This document shows positions 36,885-50,955 of a stretch of DNA of 64,000 nt, piece by piece. The position numbers were made by a program, and so were the translations under genes. Origin of the DNA: Tubulanus polymorphus (Eukaryota; Animalia; Nemertea); the NCBI RefSeq assembly GCF_964204645.1, contig NC_134034.1:13157062-13221061 (forward strand), in the 5' to 3' direction. The notes below the pieces were generated by a model, which had not been told where the DNA came from, made no database searches, and saw only the letters and a list, made by a program, of their open reading frames with translations. Position 1 is the first letter of the stretch. Each line of letters begins with the position of its first letter.

Positions 36885-37340
36885 AAGATCCATTATATAA
36901 ATTATTCTTACTGTGCATATACAAAGTTGCATTATAGGCATCGTCAGCCGTAATGAAGATGACTGATGGCTATTATAACTCTACTAATCAATCTTGAAGC
37001 TCAAAATATTCGACGTTTCGGACTTATTCTCTAGAGGCTATCCCGGTTGTGGATTCTATCGTCCATTCCTAATTTTGCCATCAAAAACGCGCCATAACTC
37101 TCAATTCAAAAATAAAGATCCATTATATAAATTTTTCTTATCATTCTGTGTGCATATAACAACCTTTTCATAAAGGCTGGCCCTCGCTGGATGCCTGGTG
37201 GCTATTATAACTCTACTTATCTATCTTGAGACTCAAAAGATTCGACGTTCCGGACTTCTAGAGGCTATCGCGGTTGTGGATTCCACCATCCATTCCTAAT
37301 CGTTTTGCCATCAAAAATGCACCATAACTCTCAATTCAAA
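36885..37340. repeat. ~230-bp tandem duplication
   Basis: aagatccattatataaatt at 36885 and 37115, with collinear similarity through ccataactctcaattcaaa. Confidence 0.85.
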
Positions 37341-38055
37341 TATATCGACTAAAGAAAAAAGTGAAGTCGTTCTCGATATTCAGTGATTTTAACAGACTCC
37401 CGCGTGCGTCAGACAACGATTTGGCGCGAGATTAAATTCATTCGAATTTAATGTTTCAAAACGCGGTTGAATCTACACGATCCCGTGACACATCAACGTG
37501 ACATATTGGACTATCGGGATTTCGAGTGACTCTCGCTGGAAGCCTCCTCGGGGACGTCGATTTAGTAACGTGCAGATTAAAATCTTTAATTTATCTGGCA
37601 GAGAAATGAGTGTGCGTGCGAAGAGTCTTCATGTTTGTGTAAGATATTAGATGTATCGTTCAGCTTTTTAAACGGGTTCATGCGGGTTCAATTGCCGTCA
37701 TGGCGGTGGAGTTCTTAATCGACGTTCTCGTATGATCACATTCTAACCCAACGCGCCAGGTTCACGCGGGTTCGAATCCCGGCATGGCGGCGGAGTTCTT
37801 GATCGGGGTTTGGTCGCATTTCAGCCCATAAGATCTCGTCTGATCACATTTTAACCCACCAAAAGAAAAATAGACACGACAACGATGTTCTCAACGACGC
37901 GCGGGGGATTTAGGGAGCATGCACTCACGGCGCCGAATCCCGTCGCGCTGGGATCAGTTTTGACGGTTCTTGGCATCGCGGTATAGCCAACGCGATAGTC
38001 TCGGCGCCGCCGCAGGGACTGTACACAAAAACCTGTCTCGGCCAGAGATCACTGC

Positions 38056-38185
38056 CTCCCTCCCTCCCACCCTCCCTCCCTCCCACCCTCCCTCCCTCCC
38101 ACCCTCCCTCCCTCCCTCCCTCCCACCCTCCCTCCCTCCCACCCTCCCACCCTCCCTCCCTCCCACCCTCCCTCTCTCTCTTCCT
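38056..38185 (+). repeat. (CCCT/CCCA)n pyrimidine-rich microsatellite
   Basis: Directly visible. Confidence 0.9.
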
Positions 38186-39025
38186 GTCCAAATCTCCTCC
38201 CTACTCAACATCAGTCCTTCTCGTATAAACGACACACAGCACTCACAACCAATAACCAGTCTAGCGCGTTTTCCTTTTGATCTGTCTCCTGTGAGACGAC
38301 GCTCATCAAAAACAGTCCCCCCCCCCTTAGACTCCCCTCAGCCACACAATCAACTCGCCGCTGATTGAAAATATCAGACAACCGAAACAAACGCTTTGAA
38401 CCTAAATGGATTTCTCGTGTCCTCTAAACGCTAGAGACACCGACATCAAAGAAACGATGACGGCGCCTTTTTTAAACAGAGGTCTATCACTAGCAGCCAC
38501 GCGCTTTCTCCGCGTGCCTACACGCTGTATTGGTCGACGCAATAATTGAATAAGTGAAACGCCTTCCGAAGTTTGTGAATCGCCTGATTATCTGTTTAAC
38601 AGTCTAACAGTCGGTCCTACACGTCGACTGATCGCGGTCGCGGAAACGTTGCTAATGCCTCTTGCATTTCAAATATGAACGGACCTTTGGGGCAATAACT
38701 TGAATTAGATTTATAGGTGAGCTGTTTAAGAGCAATTTCAAGTACAATTGGGCCACCGGCACTCACCAGGTGGCGCATCATCAAAACGCTGGGTTATATT
38801 CGTAGTGAACGCATTCGGTTCATTTTCAATGATATATGAACTCGATTTTTAGGCTTCCAAATCTGAAAATTATCGAAAGATCTGATTCGGTACGGATTGC
38901 ACAGTTATGTACATTGATTTATACCTCGGGGGTCAGTCTCTGGTGTTCAATGAAGTTTCCCCGACTACCCCGACTACGACTACGCGTATTATTAATGCAT
39001 TAATCTTCATTTCTCGTCTTTGCAG

Positions 39026-39075
39026 ATTTTCCATTTGGCAGCGGATTAAATCGAGTCTCGGTATCCGGTGCTGAG
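39026..39075 (+). other. Candidate 50-nt internal exon
   Basis: Pyrimidine tract plus tgcAG at 39024-39025 and a consensus donor GAG|GTAAGT at 39076. Confidence 0.45.
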
Positions 39076-39269
39076 GTAAGTAGATTAAACACCCTATATC
39101 ATTAATTGTCGGGCACAGATATCGATAGCTGGCGAGTTTTAGATTCTGGTGAAAGAAAGCTTTAATCGAGATATTCAATGTCTACTGCGCGTACACGCTT
39201 TGGGAACTGTGTTTAGAAATGCGTCCGGATTCCAGTTAAACCGAAACGATTTTGGACCGATTGTGGGCG

Positions 39270-39505
39270 TCAAATTAAACCCACACAACTGTGGAACTGG
39301 TGGACCTTGGGATGATTTAGATCCCCACAACAGTGGAACTGGGGGTTCAGAGCTGATATCAAACCCATTCAATTGTGGAACTGGGTTCAGAGTCAAATTA
39401 AACCGACATAACTGTGGAACTGGGTCCAGAGTCAAGTTCAACTGACACAACTGTGAAACTGGATTCAGAGTCAAATTAGTCTCATACTGCTTTGGAACTG
39501 GGTCT
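39270..39505 (-). repeat. 39-bp minisatellite
   Basis: Reverse complement units cacaactgtggaactgg..agagtcaaattaaac. Confidence 0.8.
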
Positions 39506-39569
39506 GAAATCAAATATCAATACATCACATTAGTGAAGCTGGATATCTCTCGATTACCTTCTTACTATT

Positions 39570-39906
39570 TTCCCTCTCCCTCTCACTCACTCTCGCTCTC
39601 TCTCTCTCACTTTCTCACTTTCTCTCTCATACTCTCGCACTCTTTCTCACACTTTTTCTCTCTCTCTCTCACACTCTCTCCCTCACTTTCTCTCACTCTC
39701 ACTTCTGCTGATGATGAGTTTGTCACGAATACCGCATCAGTTTCTTCCCGGCGACTTCGTAACAAACACGACGAAAACAAAGATAATGGATTTCTTGCTA
39801 ATGACATTTTTCTTCTTTGCCGTTCTCCGGGAGCGAGCGAGCGAGTGAGAGGCGAGAGAGAGAGTGAGAGGCGAGATAGAGTGAGAGGCGAGATAGAGTG
39901 AGAGCG
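39570..39906. repeat. CT-rich tract (39570-39705) and GA-rich tract (39830-39906)
   Basis: Low-complexity tracts directly visible. Confidence 0.8.
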
Positions 39907-40874
39907 AACGGTCGACAATGAGCTCATAAACAATGCAATACATATGTATCGTTATGCGCTAGATGTGTTCATTAGTACTCCATATATATGCAAATTACCC
40001 AACAATCCGATATCATTCTTCGACGACGCCGGATATTCTCCTCGTGACCTTGAACGTCGTCGTCGTCGTCGTCGTCGAGTTTTTGACACCGAGTAAATTT
40101 GATATCCTTCTCGAGGCTCCTGTATATGATTCGATAATGTTTGGAGTTTTCGGCAGCGTCTGGAATGCAGTTAAGGAATGATTGAAGATTAAGCGAATCG
40201 GGACGAAGCGTGAATCTTGCCAATCAGATGCGTAACGAATCTGATGGCAACGTATCGGATTGGCCTAATACATAGACTGGTGACCATTGAGCGGGAACCT
40301 GTCCGCCCGAAAATCGTGGACAATGTAATTATCCAATGAAGGGTTTGCGCCCGCGTAAGCTTCGACGGGCGGCAACCAAACCCTGGTAAGCGAGGATGTC
40401 CATCCCACTCCCCCCATCTCTCCCCTTGACACTTCGTCCACCCGTGTAATGCGATAACGGTAGCAATCGCGAATGCGCTGAACGAACATCCGATAAACCT
40501 TTATTTGCATTTCTCCGACGCTGTTTTCGCCGCGCGGTGTCGATAAGTTCTACGTTCCTTTTAGTCGTCAATTTTTATCCGCATTTCATCACCTTCGCGT
40601 TGACAGACGACACGACGACGATGAGAGCGTCTCCGCATCATTTGCATAAATGCCGCCAGCTTTCGGTAGGAACGAAGTAATAATAATTTCTCTGCTGTCA
40701 GAAAGATAACCAGCTCGCTTATCAGTGTGGGTGACTGCGGGGCTTTTTCTTTTGACGAAGAAACACTCGCATCAGTTCAAACAAACAAAAAAAGAGAAGC
40801 CTTGTACATCCTCGTTTTCGCCTTGCTGTCTCTGCCTGTAAAGCTGTACGTGCTAACAGCGTACTCTCGTGAAA

Positions 40875-41144
40875 GGAGCGGTCTGTCCGAGCGGTTCGAG
40901 CGTTCGACCCTGGGAAGCCAAGTCGTGGGTTCGAACCCCCGAACGTTACCGTAATATCCTCGGGCAAGGCTTTTATCCTCTCATTATCCCCTCTCCACCC
41001 AGGTGTAAATGAGTACCTGGTCTGATAGATGACTCCTCTGAGCGCCTAGCAGTTGATCGGGTGTTACTTCCCCCCAGGAAAGCACCGATGAAGAATGTAC
41101 GACAGTGAAAAGGGCGCTATAGAAATAAGATTACTAGTACTATT
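40875..41144 (+). mobile_element. tRNA-derived CORE-like SINE (copy 2)
   Basis: A box-like TGTCCGAGCGG and B box GGTTCGAACCC; CORE-like ctcgggcaaggct..cctctccacccaggtgtaaatgagtacc; shared body ctctgagcgcctagcag; tail gcgctatagaaataagattact. Confidence 0.78.
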
Positions 41145-42751
41145 GAAATGGGCATCGTATGTTGTTAATATGCAATTGATAGATGAACCAGTTTGAAAAT
41201 AAAAAACTGTGTTTGTTTCTTCCAATGTCAGATAATGTTGTCAATATATTTATTATATATGATATTGCACACGACGTGAGCAGGCCGATGTTTTGTATAC
41301 GGTGCTATAAGGTTTTTTAATATAATATTAGTTTATTGACATCATAAGAAAAAGATTTTACACGCGCCATGAACAGCATTTTGGGCACAGTTATAAGTTT
41401 CGTCTACAGTAACGCTCTGAAAGGCCCTCACGGTGTATTTCTATGTTATTTCATGTTATTGGAAATCTGGTAAAACGCTCTTTGTCGAGAGCTTTGCTTA
41501 TTTGCTGCAACAATATCGAACCGACCTAATGTTCGAAATCCCCATAAAATTCGCTCTACTCGAGAATATACGCGGGCGTGCATCGACTGCGCATCATAGA
41601 ATACTGCACGGTCAGATCCCCGACGGGCCTGATCGATCTGAAAAGTGACCTGGAGCCATACGAGATTGCAGGATGCCCAGTCGTACAAAGTTGACTTTAG
41701 TCCGAAAGGACTGGTCTTAAGTTGTTAGATTGGTCATAGAACCAAAATGGGGGCTTCACTTGTTTTAAATCTAAGCTTCCGCTAACTGCAGCTTAATGAC
41801 CATTCATTAAACAAACAAACCGTGTTGTGAAGATTGAGAGAATCCCACAATGATAACGAAAAGTCCAGAAATATTTCCTTGAGTTGCTGTAAAAAACTGT
41901 CACATGAATGAAGATGACTATTAGAATATGCAGTAACTCGAGGAAACATTTCCAGACTTTATTTTTTCTTTATTATTGTGGAATTCTCTTTATAGGCCTA
42001 TTACTGCAACTTAAGCCTCAAGTTGCGTCGGTCTTCGAACGAAAATGGATATACATCATTCAATTTTTCGAGAGTGATTCATTTCATAACGACTCTTCAG
42101 TCGCGCATCAGTCCGTCGGGGAGAGGGAGTGATATCAATCTCTCGGAGAAAATAACTTCGAATTAAACATCGATTCGATATACGATATGAATCGAGATTC
42201 GCCCGGCGCCCACCGCCCGATGCGCATGCGTGTTCGGCGGCGGCGTCTGCTCGGCAGCCGATCGATTAACCGGTTTGAGACGATCTATATAATACCCGCG
42301 TAACATCCTCATCGTCGACCGACATCAATCAAAATTATTATCCCGAAAGAAATTGAAGATTCGGACGATTTTAATGATGTTACTGCAGCGGCCGTATAGA
42401 TTTTAGATAAAAAAACCGCTCGATCTGCTAAATCGGGTTCTATTTCAAACGTCGCTTCTCGACGCTCATAAACTAAATTAAAGAAGGCGAGAATGCGTTC
42501 TATTGATTCGTTCTTCGCGAAATTATGGATTTGTAATGAAAAATAGAGTTTGCTATTCCGCGCACAATTTGCCATCGTTCAAGAAAAAATTGTGTTTAAC
42601 TTTTTTTCTGTTAAGTATATGGAGCAAATTGAAAATGGAACCATTATGGGTTCTCGGTGAACCCCCAAACTCATAGCAGTGAATATAACACGGATTGAGT
42701 TCTTGGTAAACCCCGCCTATACTGTTCTCTCATAAACCGCTTAGTGTTTAA

Positions 42752-42945
42752 AAGTGGATTGCTTCCGTTTTATGTAAAGGAATGCTCCGAAGTGGATTGT
42801 TTCTGTTGTATATAAAGGAATGCTCCGATGTGGATAACTTCTGTTTTATGTACAGGAATGCTACGAAGTGGATTGGCTCTTTCGTATATAAAGGAACGCT
42901 CCGAAATGGATTGCTTCTGTTGTATATAAAGGAATGCTCCGACGT
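42752..42945 (+). repeat. ~38-bp minisatellite, about 5 units
   Basis: aagtggattgcttctgttgtatataaaggaatgctccg units. Confidence 0.8.
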
Positions 42946-43289
42946 GGTTATTTTCGCTCATATCCCATAATGAACTGGTCCGCGTTTACGACGCTGTAAA
43001 TCGGTTCGGTGGTCAGTATTCATGCGTCCGTTTGCGTCCCCGAAAACCATTACACGAAACTCCGGAAATTGAACGGAAGTAATAAAAAAACGGCAAAACC
43101 GCGCGCTCGACGCAAAACCGGATTCGTCCGAACATACGTAGGTATTATGAAACTGCGACCCCGGAACCGATTGTTCCGAGGCGATGGCCACCGATAAAAT
43201 CCCGTGGGCGGAAACCGTTACGAGCAAGCAATAATAATAACGGATAACTCGTGGAGATACAGAAACCTTAACATATGAAACACCAAGGA

Positions 43290-43438
<149 letters not shown>

Positions 43439-43971
43439 GTAAAGGATGGGCTATCTTTGTAATTGACGTCCGGAAATGATCATATCGGGTGATTATATGT
43501 CATCCGCGCAATTATCGTCACAATCGTTGTCCATCTATAGCAGACGAACGCTGGAGCTGTTTAGTATAACAGATCCGAAACCACGGTTTTTCTTCTCAAC
43601 GATCTGCGCTTCCTACAACGCTACTGCGGCAATCGAGGATTCGTCATCTCTCATTTCAAACTCTACAAAGTCTCTCTTGCCTCGGGCAGAATACGTTATT
43701 TTATAATTATAAACATTTAACTGCGAAAAGGTTCGCAGAAAGTTTCACTATGGATTTTCCCTTTCACAAACATGACAAAAATAATTTGTTTATTGAATTC
43801 AGACAAGACTTAATATCTCGTTTCAATTTTTTCAGTATAGATCTTGGTAAAGTCTCTCGGGGTATGAATATACTTTCAAAGGCGTTGTTTCAAACTGGCT
43901 TTTGAGTTTTGTAGCCGACAGAATTCGCTGGTGACAGTGATAGTCTCTAGACACAGGTTCCAAATGCTTCG

Positions 43972-44263
43972 ACAGGGATTTGAACCTGATGACATCATGA
44001 GACTCTGTCACAGTACAAACCCCTGTCCTAGTAGACACATCCTCCCTCACAGGGATTTGAACCTGATGACATCATGAGACTCTGTCACAGTACAAACCCC
44101 TGTCCTAGTAGACACATCCTCCCTCACAGGGATTTGAACCTGATGACATCATGAGACTCTGTCACAGTACAAACCCCTGTCCTAGTAGACACATCCTCCT
44201 TCACTGGGATTTGAATGCGATGTCTGGATGCCATCAGGTTCGAATCCGGCCGAGGGAGGATGG
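43972..44263 (-). repeat. 77-bp family-A-derived satellite (about 3 units), followed by an inverted family A end at 44228-44263
   Basis: Reverse complement of the 33824 unit, then gatgccatcaggttcgaatccggccgagggaggatgg. Confidence 0.9.
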
Positions 44264-45483
44264 CGGTCCATCAGTTCAGGTTTTCGACACCATAATCGAG
44301 TAGAAATATCCGCAACAACACAGGAAGGCGGAATGATTTAAATAGAATATCGTAATGTCTGTAGCAATGCGACCAGTATATACTAGTGTTTCAATAATTG
44401 ATATTCGCTAATTAGTAAGCTCGGTGACGTGCTAATTACTGCCGCCACTTCTCATTGCCTTTAATTGAAACATAGCGTGCTGGAGCGACGCGTTTGGAGA
44501 ATTAGAGACGCGAACCAGAAGAGCACTAGTTGATTCTAAATTCAAACGCTGTTACTAAAATATTCATTATACATATAGATTAGTCTTTTTATGTATATGT
44601 GTGATATGTATGTGTCAAAATAGCCGATAATAATGCTGTATCAATGACGTACATCCCGATCCCAGATATCGGGACGAAATTATGGCCAGTTTTGAACCAC
44701 AATTTCCGAATTTCCGATTTTTTTCAAATTCGAAAGTTGTTTGCAGTTTTAAATCGAATCCCCCCAGAAAAAAAACACCCGCCATTCAAAACAAATCAAC
44801 CGTTGATTGCGTTTTTAAAATTCAACGGCGTCGATTGCTATTTCAAACTCAACCGTCGATTGCGTTTTTCAAAAAAACTCAACCGTCATTAGCGCGCTTT
44901 TGAAAGCTGTCGAAAAGCTTCCGTTAGAAGCCGATTTTTGAGCATCATCGAAATTACGACAAACCCTATAGTGGCGTCAGCAGCAGCCGTAACTATACCG
45001 AATATCGAAAAGCGCTTTTGCAGTAATTCGAATGCAGAGTCGGCGTGGTTTCATGAAATTTCCCGAGGTATTAACTAAGGCTGTGGTTGTCAAAAAAAAT
45101 CAAATGATTCTATATTAGCTTCTAAGTTCCTGGTAGGTTATCGTCTCTAGCGTGAAACTCTGTGATATTGATGAATCAGCCTTTTTACAGTTTCCAGGCG
45201 CCACTTTTTTGTGTACCATAACTTTTGAATGGGATGAGCAATAATTCAAGTTGAATTATCGGGAAGACGATATCAATGTTTATAACTGTCTTCACCAGCG
45301 CATTACATTACCGCGGATCCTCTGCACTACTGAGTACATCCTGGGTGATCGTGTGATCGCTATTAATCACACAGCGTAGCACGTTCTATTTACGTCACTG
45401 GTGTCGGGTTAGATATGAAGTGTTCATTTTTTAAATTTTTTTACCCTACGAAAGACCATCATAAGGTAGGTTTTCCCGTTTCA

Positions 45484-45846
45484 CTAAGACACAGAGTCTA
45501 ATGTATTTCTCAAACTCTTACTCAGTATTTGACACCAACTTGGGGTAGATTTTTACCAGTCTCAACTTTACCGCAGTAAGAGACAGAGTCTACTGTATTT
45601 CACAAACTCTTACTCAGTATTTGACACCAACTCAGGGTAGAATTTTACCAGTCTCAACTTTACCGCAGTAAGAGACAGAGTCTACTGTATTTCACAAACT
45701 CTTACTCAGTATTTGACACCAACTCAGGGTAGAATTTTACCAGTTTCAACTTTACCGCAGTAAGAGACAGAGTCTACTGTCATTCACAAACTCTTTCTCA
45801 GTATTTGACACCAACTCGGGGTAGATTTTTACCAACTTTACCGCAG
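45484..45846 (+). repeat. 92-bp tandem repeat, about 4 units
   Basis: Same unit as 48463-49328. Confidence 0.92.
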
Positions 45847-48462
45847 TTTTTTCACACTTCACAGTATTTCACAGAATATAACAGCGTTTAGTACCGACCA
45901 TTTCAGAAAACTTTTCCCTCGCGTCCGCTTGTAAGTGATGAAGTCACGGCGATGACAAGATCGATCACGATATCGCTGACATCTCGCGTGTGAATTGATT
46001 TATTCGAAGTCGAGTCGAGCGACACGAGGTGTCGAGCAAAGCGTGAATCATTATCTCTTCTGCTCGATTTCGGAATCGGCGTCGGAACGAGTTTTACCCT
46101 CGGCGGTAATCGAGTCGGGCAAGCGGTGAGATATGGCGATGGCGGGTTTCCAGGAGTGGCGGCGGGGGCGAGGGGCACCGTCCCCGCCGGACCCCGTTCA
46201 CCGACTGTATCGATCGCGGTTGCGATCGATATAGACCACGTGATGACTCATAATCCTGAGGTCATGTGATCCACGAGAAAGTTACGTCATACGGTACTCG
46301 TGATGCGTGCGATAAATATCGTTTTGAAGAAACGATAGTTTTATCAAACTCGCCTGCCAGAGTATGTATCATAGATCGAGATGATGCCTTTGTTTTATAA
46401 CGTTACACATTCTGAGTGCAGAGGGCCCAGTTCTGGACTGGTAAGATTTCCCCCAAAATCCTCTTAAGTAGGTTTAATGATCCGTTGTTTCCACAGTCAC
46501 GTGGGTGGATCTAGTTCCACATTTCTATCAAGAGCCCAATTATGCAATCTAAGAAAGAACATGGACGCATAAACTATCTTGTTTATGGAAAGGAGGATTC
46601 TCTGAACTATATGAGTTATATTGTATTTTCGGCGGACGACCTTTTGCTCGCCGCGCCATCTGGCGGGATAACTGGTGTTGCGAGTTCTCCATTGAATTTC
46701 GGCGAATTTAAAAACGTGTAACGCGTTCGTAGGGAAAACGTATTATCCGCGTGAGTGAGTAATCTGAATGGAAAACACATTTAGAAATCACAACTGCTGT
46801 TACTGCTGCTGCTGCTTCTGCTGAATATGTTGTTGAATTCTGATATTTTATGACGTAACATAAAAAAAGAAACGAACCCGCTCTCGTCTGCTCGCAGCCG
46901 TGTGTGAAAGGATTACATGATTGATTTTCGGTCGGGTGATAATCGCTGCAACACAGCCGCCGAGGAGGGTAAATAAAAACCGGCGCGACATAGACTCTGG
47001 TTGAAATCTCGTTCACGAGAGACGAGTTTGATCTGAATAAAAAAACCTGTTTTCATGTGTCAGCTAGCGGTTTAGAATTCAAAATGAAACGCCAAACGAT
47101 AAACCGTAAAAGATTTACGAGTTGGAGTATAGAATATCGTACAGTAAAGAATGAATTACCGAATTTTACTGAATTTTATCAACTGTATTGGGAATCTTTG
47201 AGGGGGATATATAATAAGGTTTTTCGAAATAAATTCTAGTAACGATAATTAAGGGGTCAGCTGTGGTGACTTACTAGCCTACTTCACAGTAAGTCATTTG
47301 CCGTTGGTCAATCTTGCGGCGCTCTGTTCGCCATATTGACGCTCAAAACACAATAAGCGATTTGAGTGACTTAATTTAATCTATGTTATAAGTGATTAAC
47401 ACGACAGATCCCCCTCCAAGTAAATTCCCCGATTACTGTTAGGTATTGCACTAGTCGGTAGATAGAACACGACGGCGTGTAAAGTATCTATAGGTTACGA
47501 AGACATCGGAAATGTTACGGCGCCACACGTGGCCTTCATGCGGGTTCCTGGCCGGACTCAAAAATCGAACCGTCCAACTTGGACAGCGGACTTTCCCACT
47601 AGTTTTAACGCCTGGACCGTTCCGAACTGAAAATAATCGGCTTAATGACGACGAGCAGAGCGCATCACGTGTCGAACCCTGACTTCTACAGTGGCGTTAC
47701 CACGAAGCCTAAGCGCCCCCTATTTTGCCAAAATTACATTTTCATGGCTGAAGAAAGTAACGCTTATAGTGGCTGATCATTGCCGGTCATTTTGTTCTAG
47801 AATCTGGATGCTGAGAAAATGATCTGTTTTTTTCTAAATTTTCTTTGGGAACCAAACTCCCTTACGCACTTTGCGTCTGAAGCGCTCGTGTCCACGTACC
47901 GGTAACGTGTAGGTCTCGTATCTTTGGGGTACGTTATTCAGAATTCCCGGAAGCACCCCAGTTCAGCATGTTGACCGCTAATCGTAACTCGATGGCCATT
48001 AATCGATTTTCGATTCGGATTTATGTACTCGGGACAAACAGCAAGTATTCGCGCGGCTGTGGTCACGAGCCTGCACGTATTGTCACTGTCACACCCACTG
48101 TGATATTCCTGGCGTTTATCGACTCTCTTCACGAGGGTGTTCTCCGGCTTTTGTTCGAGCAATTTACTGAACAAGTTGCGACATATGCAACCGACCGGAT
48201 ACGTGGCGCTCGTTCTGTCTGTCGTGTCTCGTCGCTGGATGATGAGCGCGCTCGTGTTAGAATAGTGTTGAGTATGACTAGCGCTAGAGGTTCTACGACT
48301 TAAGAATAACCTTTCGGAGATATCTATGTTCGAGCAAATATAGGTAAGGATAGTTTGATACATGTTTTAATATCCGTTTCGTTGACCGATCGATGTACGT
48401 TTGAAATTCTTGCGCGCCAAAACCGCTTCTCTAGTTTGAAATCGATTTTCAACTGAACCGTT

Positions 48463-49328
48463 GTAAGAGACAGAGTCTACTGTATTTCACAAACTCTTAC
48501 TCAGTATTTGACACCAACTCGGGGTAGAATTTTACCGGTCTCAACTTTACCGCAGTAAGAGACAGAGTCTACTGTATTTCACAAACTCTTACTCAGTATT
48601 TGACACCAACTCGGGGTAGAATTTTACCGGTTTCAACTTTACCGCAGTAAGAGACAGAGTCTACTGTATTTCACAAACTCTTACTCAATATTTGACACCA
48701 ACTCGGGGTAGAATTTTACCAGTCTCAACTTTACGGCAGTAAGAGACAGAGTCTACTGTATTTCACAAACTCTTACTCAGTATTTGACACCAACTCGGGG
48801 TAGAATTTTACCGGTCTCAACTTTACCGCAGTAAGAGACAGAGTCTACTGTATTTCACAAACTCTTACTCAGTATTTGACACCAACTCGGGGTAGAATTT
48901 TACCGGTTTCAACTTTACCGCAGTAAGAGACAGAGTCTACTGTATTTCACAAACTCTTACTCAATATTTGACACCAACTCGGGGTAGAATTTTACCAGTC
49001 TCAACTTTACCGCAGTAAGAGACAGAGTCTACTGTATTTCACAAACTCTTACTCAGTATTTGACACCAACTCGGGGTAGAATTTTACCAGTCTCAACTTT
49101 ACCGCAGTAAGTGACAGAGTCTACTGTATTTCACAAAATCTTACTCAGTATTTGACACCAACTCGGGGTAGAATTTTACCGGTCTCAACTTTACCGCAGT
49201 AAGAGACAGAGTCTACTGTATTTCACAAAATCGTACTCAGTATTTGACACCAACTCGGGGTAGAATTTTACCAGTCTCAACTTTACCGCAGTAAGAGACA
49301 GAGTCTACTGTATTTCACAGACCCTTAC
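48463..49328 (+). repeat. 92-bp tandem repeat, about 9.4 near-identical units
   Basis: Unit gtaagagacagagtctactgtatttcacaaactcttactcagtatttgacaccaactcggggtagaattttaccrgtctcaactttaccgca with period 92 (48463, 48555, ...). Confidence 0.96.
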
Positions 49329-50039
49329 TTATATTTGTTACATAAAATTCAAATCTTTGAATAGAGCATTTCTTAAGTAGTAACTTGTACCGAAGCATTT
49401 GATTTGTTACAACATTTTACCGCTCCTATAGACTAATCGCACGAGTCTACACCGACGCTTGCACGTGAATTGAAATATCAGCTTAAGATAACATTATTGA
49501 AGGCGATGTTTTTTTTCTGTTCTCCGAGCTGCTCGTTACTATAGCTCTCTTCGATACAAACAGGCGGAGTGGAAAACATTTCGTCGCGACACAGCAGCAC
49601 CACGGGTTCTAACTAACGACCTTTAGATAGAAATCATCCGCCGACGACGAACTAACACACGATTCTGTGTATGATTAGTTAGTTTATATATATTTATGTA
49701 TGGTAATTTTGGAGTTGCTTAAATTGCCGATTAATGCATCGCTGTTCGGTGAACTCTCCCGCTCTCTCTCTCTCTCTACATCGGGTCGAACCGATCGATC
49801 AAACGCCACTACGTTCCGTCTTTATGAGTTTTGGATTTTATAAATGTATTCAACATCGTTTTCTCCGCGTAACGGAAATTTGCAAGTCGTTGGCTGTTGC
49901 TAATGCTTCGTTATATGAGAGATTCGCCTTGAATCGACCGAGTAATTATCAATCGCGTTACTTTAACTAACGGAGTCTGAATGACTGTAATGAAGTGATC
50001 GAGGAGGCTAAAGGAGCACTCGCTCCTTGGGGCGTTGAG

Positions 50040-50310
50040 AGCCACGTTCCCGCGGGGACCCTCAATTCGGGTGTCGGGTGGAGATCGCGATAGATAGAGC
50101 GCTCCTCACCGCGCAAAGCGACCATCACTGAGATCCACGTTCTCCGGGGACCCTCAATTCGGGTCGGGTGGAGATCGTGATAGATAAAGCCGCGCAGAGT
50201 GACCATCACTGAGATCCACGTTCTCCGGGGGACCCTCAATTCGGGTCGGGTGAAGATCGCGATAGATAGAACACTCCTTACCGCGCAGAGCGACCATCAC
50301 TGAGATCTAC
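50040..50310 (+). repeat. ~90-bp tandem repeat, same family as 11721-12115
   Basis: ccctcaattcgggtcgggtg..gatagatagagcgctcctcaccgcgcagagcgaccatcactgagatccacg units. Confidence 0.85.
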
Positions 50311-50823
50311 GCGTCATTTTCAAGGTGAATGGCCGGTCATTGTGAAAAATACCCCGTCTCCGTAGTAACGTCATGGGCGAACTTCGATTTTTGTTATGGT
50401 ATTTGACTATAATGTAAAGTGGTCGGAACACGTATCGTCGCATTTCACAGTTTCTAGCCGCCATCTTGGACCTAGGTCCGCAGTACAGCAGCCGTGTTCA
50501 ATCAATCCCGTGCGTTCATTGACACTCCGAGATCAAACATGTTTGTGAATAATTCTGACAAATTTTCAGATGACTTGTAAAGTAAAAGAGTATCACATTT
50601 TAGTACTGATTGATATTTTTGTGAAAGGTGAGCACCAAGACATTGACATTTCTTTTCCAAAACTAAGCGCTTAGTACAGTCGAACCTCGATATGTCCGTG
50701 GGAAAATGGATGCCCCAGGGCGCGGACCCACAATTATGTGAGAAAAGGTGAACTCAGATTCGAATTAATTTCATTTTCGATGTTTTTTAACCCCCTAGAA
50801 TCATATTCAACTCAAAACTGGTT

Positions 50824-50955
50824 CCCGGTACCATAGTCATGGCAGCTTAGACTTAAGACTAGCCTAATACCGATTTAGTCCTATATAGCCAGACCTCAAC
50901 TTAAGGTCAGTTAAGATTTAAGACTGCTTTCGCACTTGACTATAGAACCGGGCCT
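50824..50955 (-). mobile_element. Diverged MITE family B copy
   Basis: catagtcatggc..cttagacttaagact ... gactatagaaccgggcc. Confidence 0.55.

Noticed and set aside
47938-48363. Overlapping 141-aa and 111-aa ORFs
   Set aside because: No recognisable motif or convincing splice boundaries.
48463-49328. Splice-site-like ctttaccgCAGTAAG in each 92-bp unit as recursive splice sites
   Set aside because: The AG and GT share one G rather than forming AG|GT, and the pyrimidine tract is weak.
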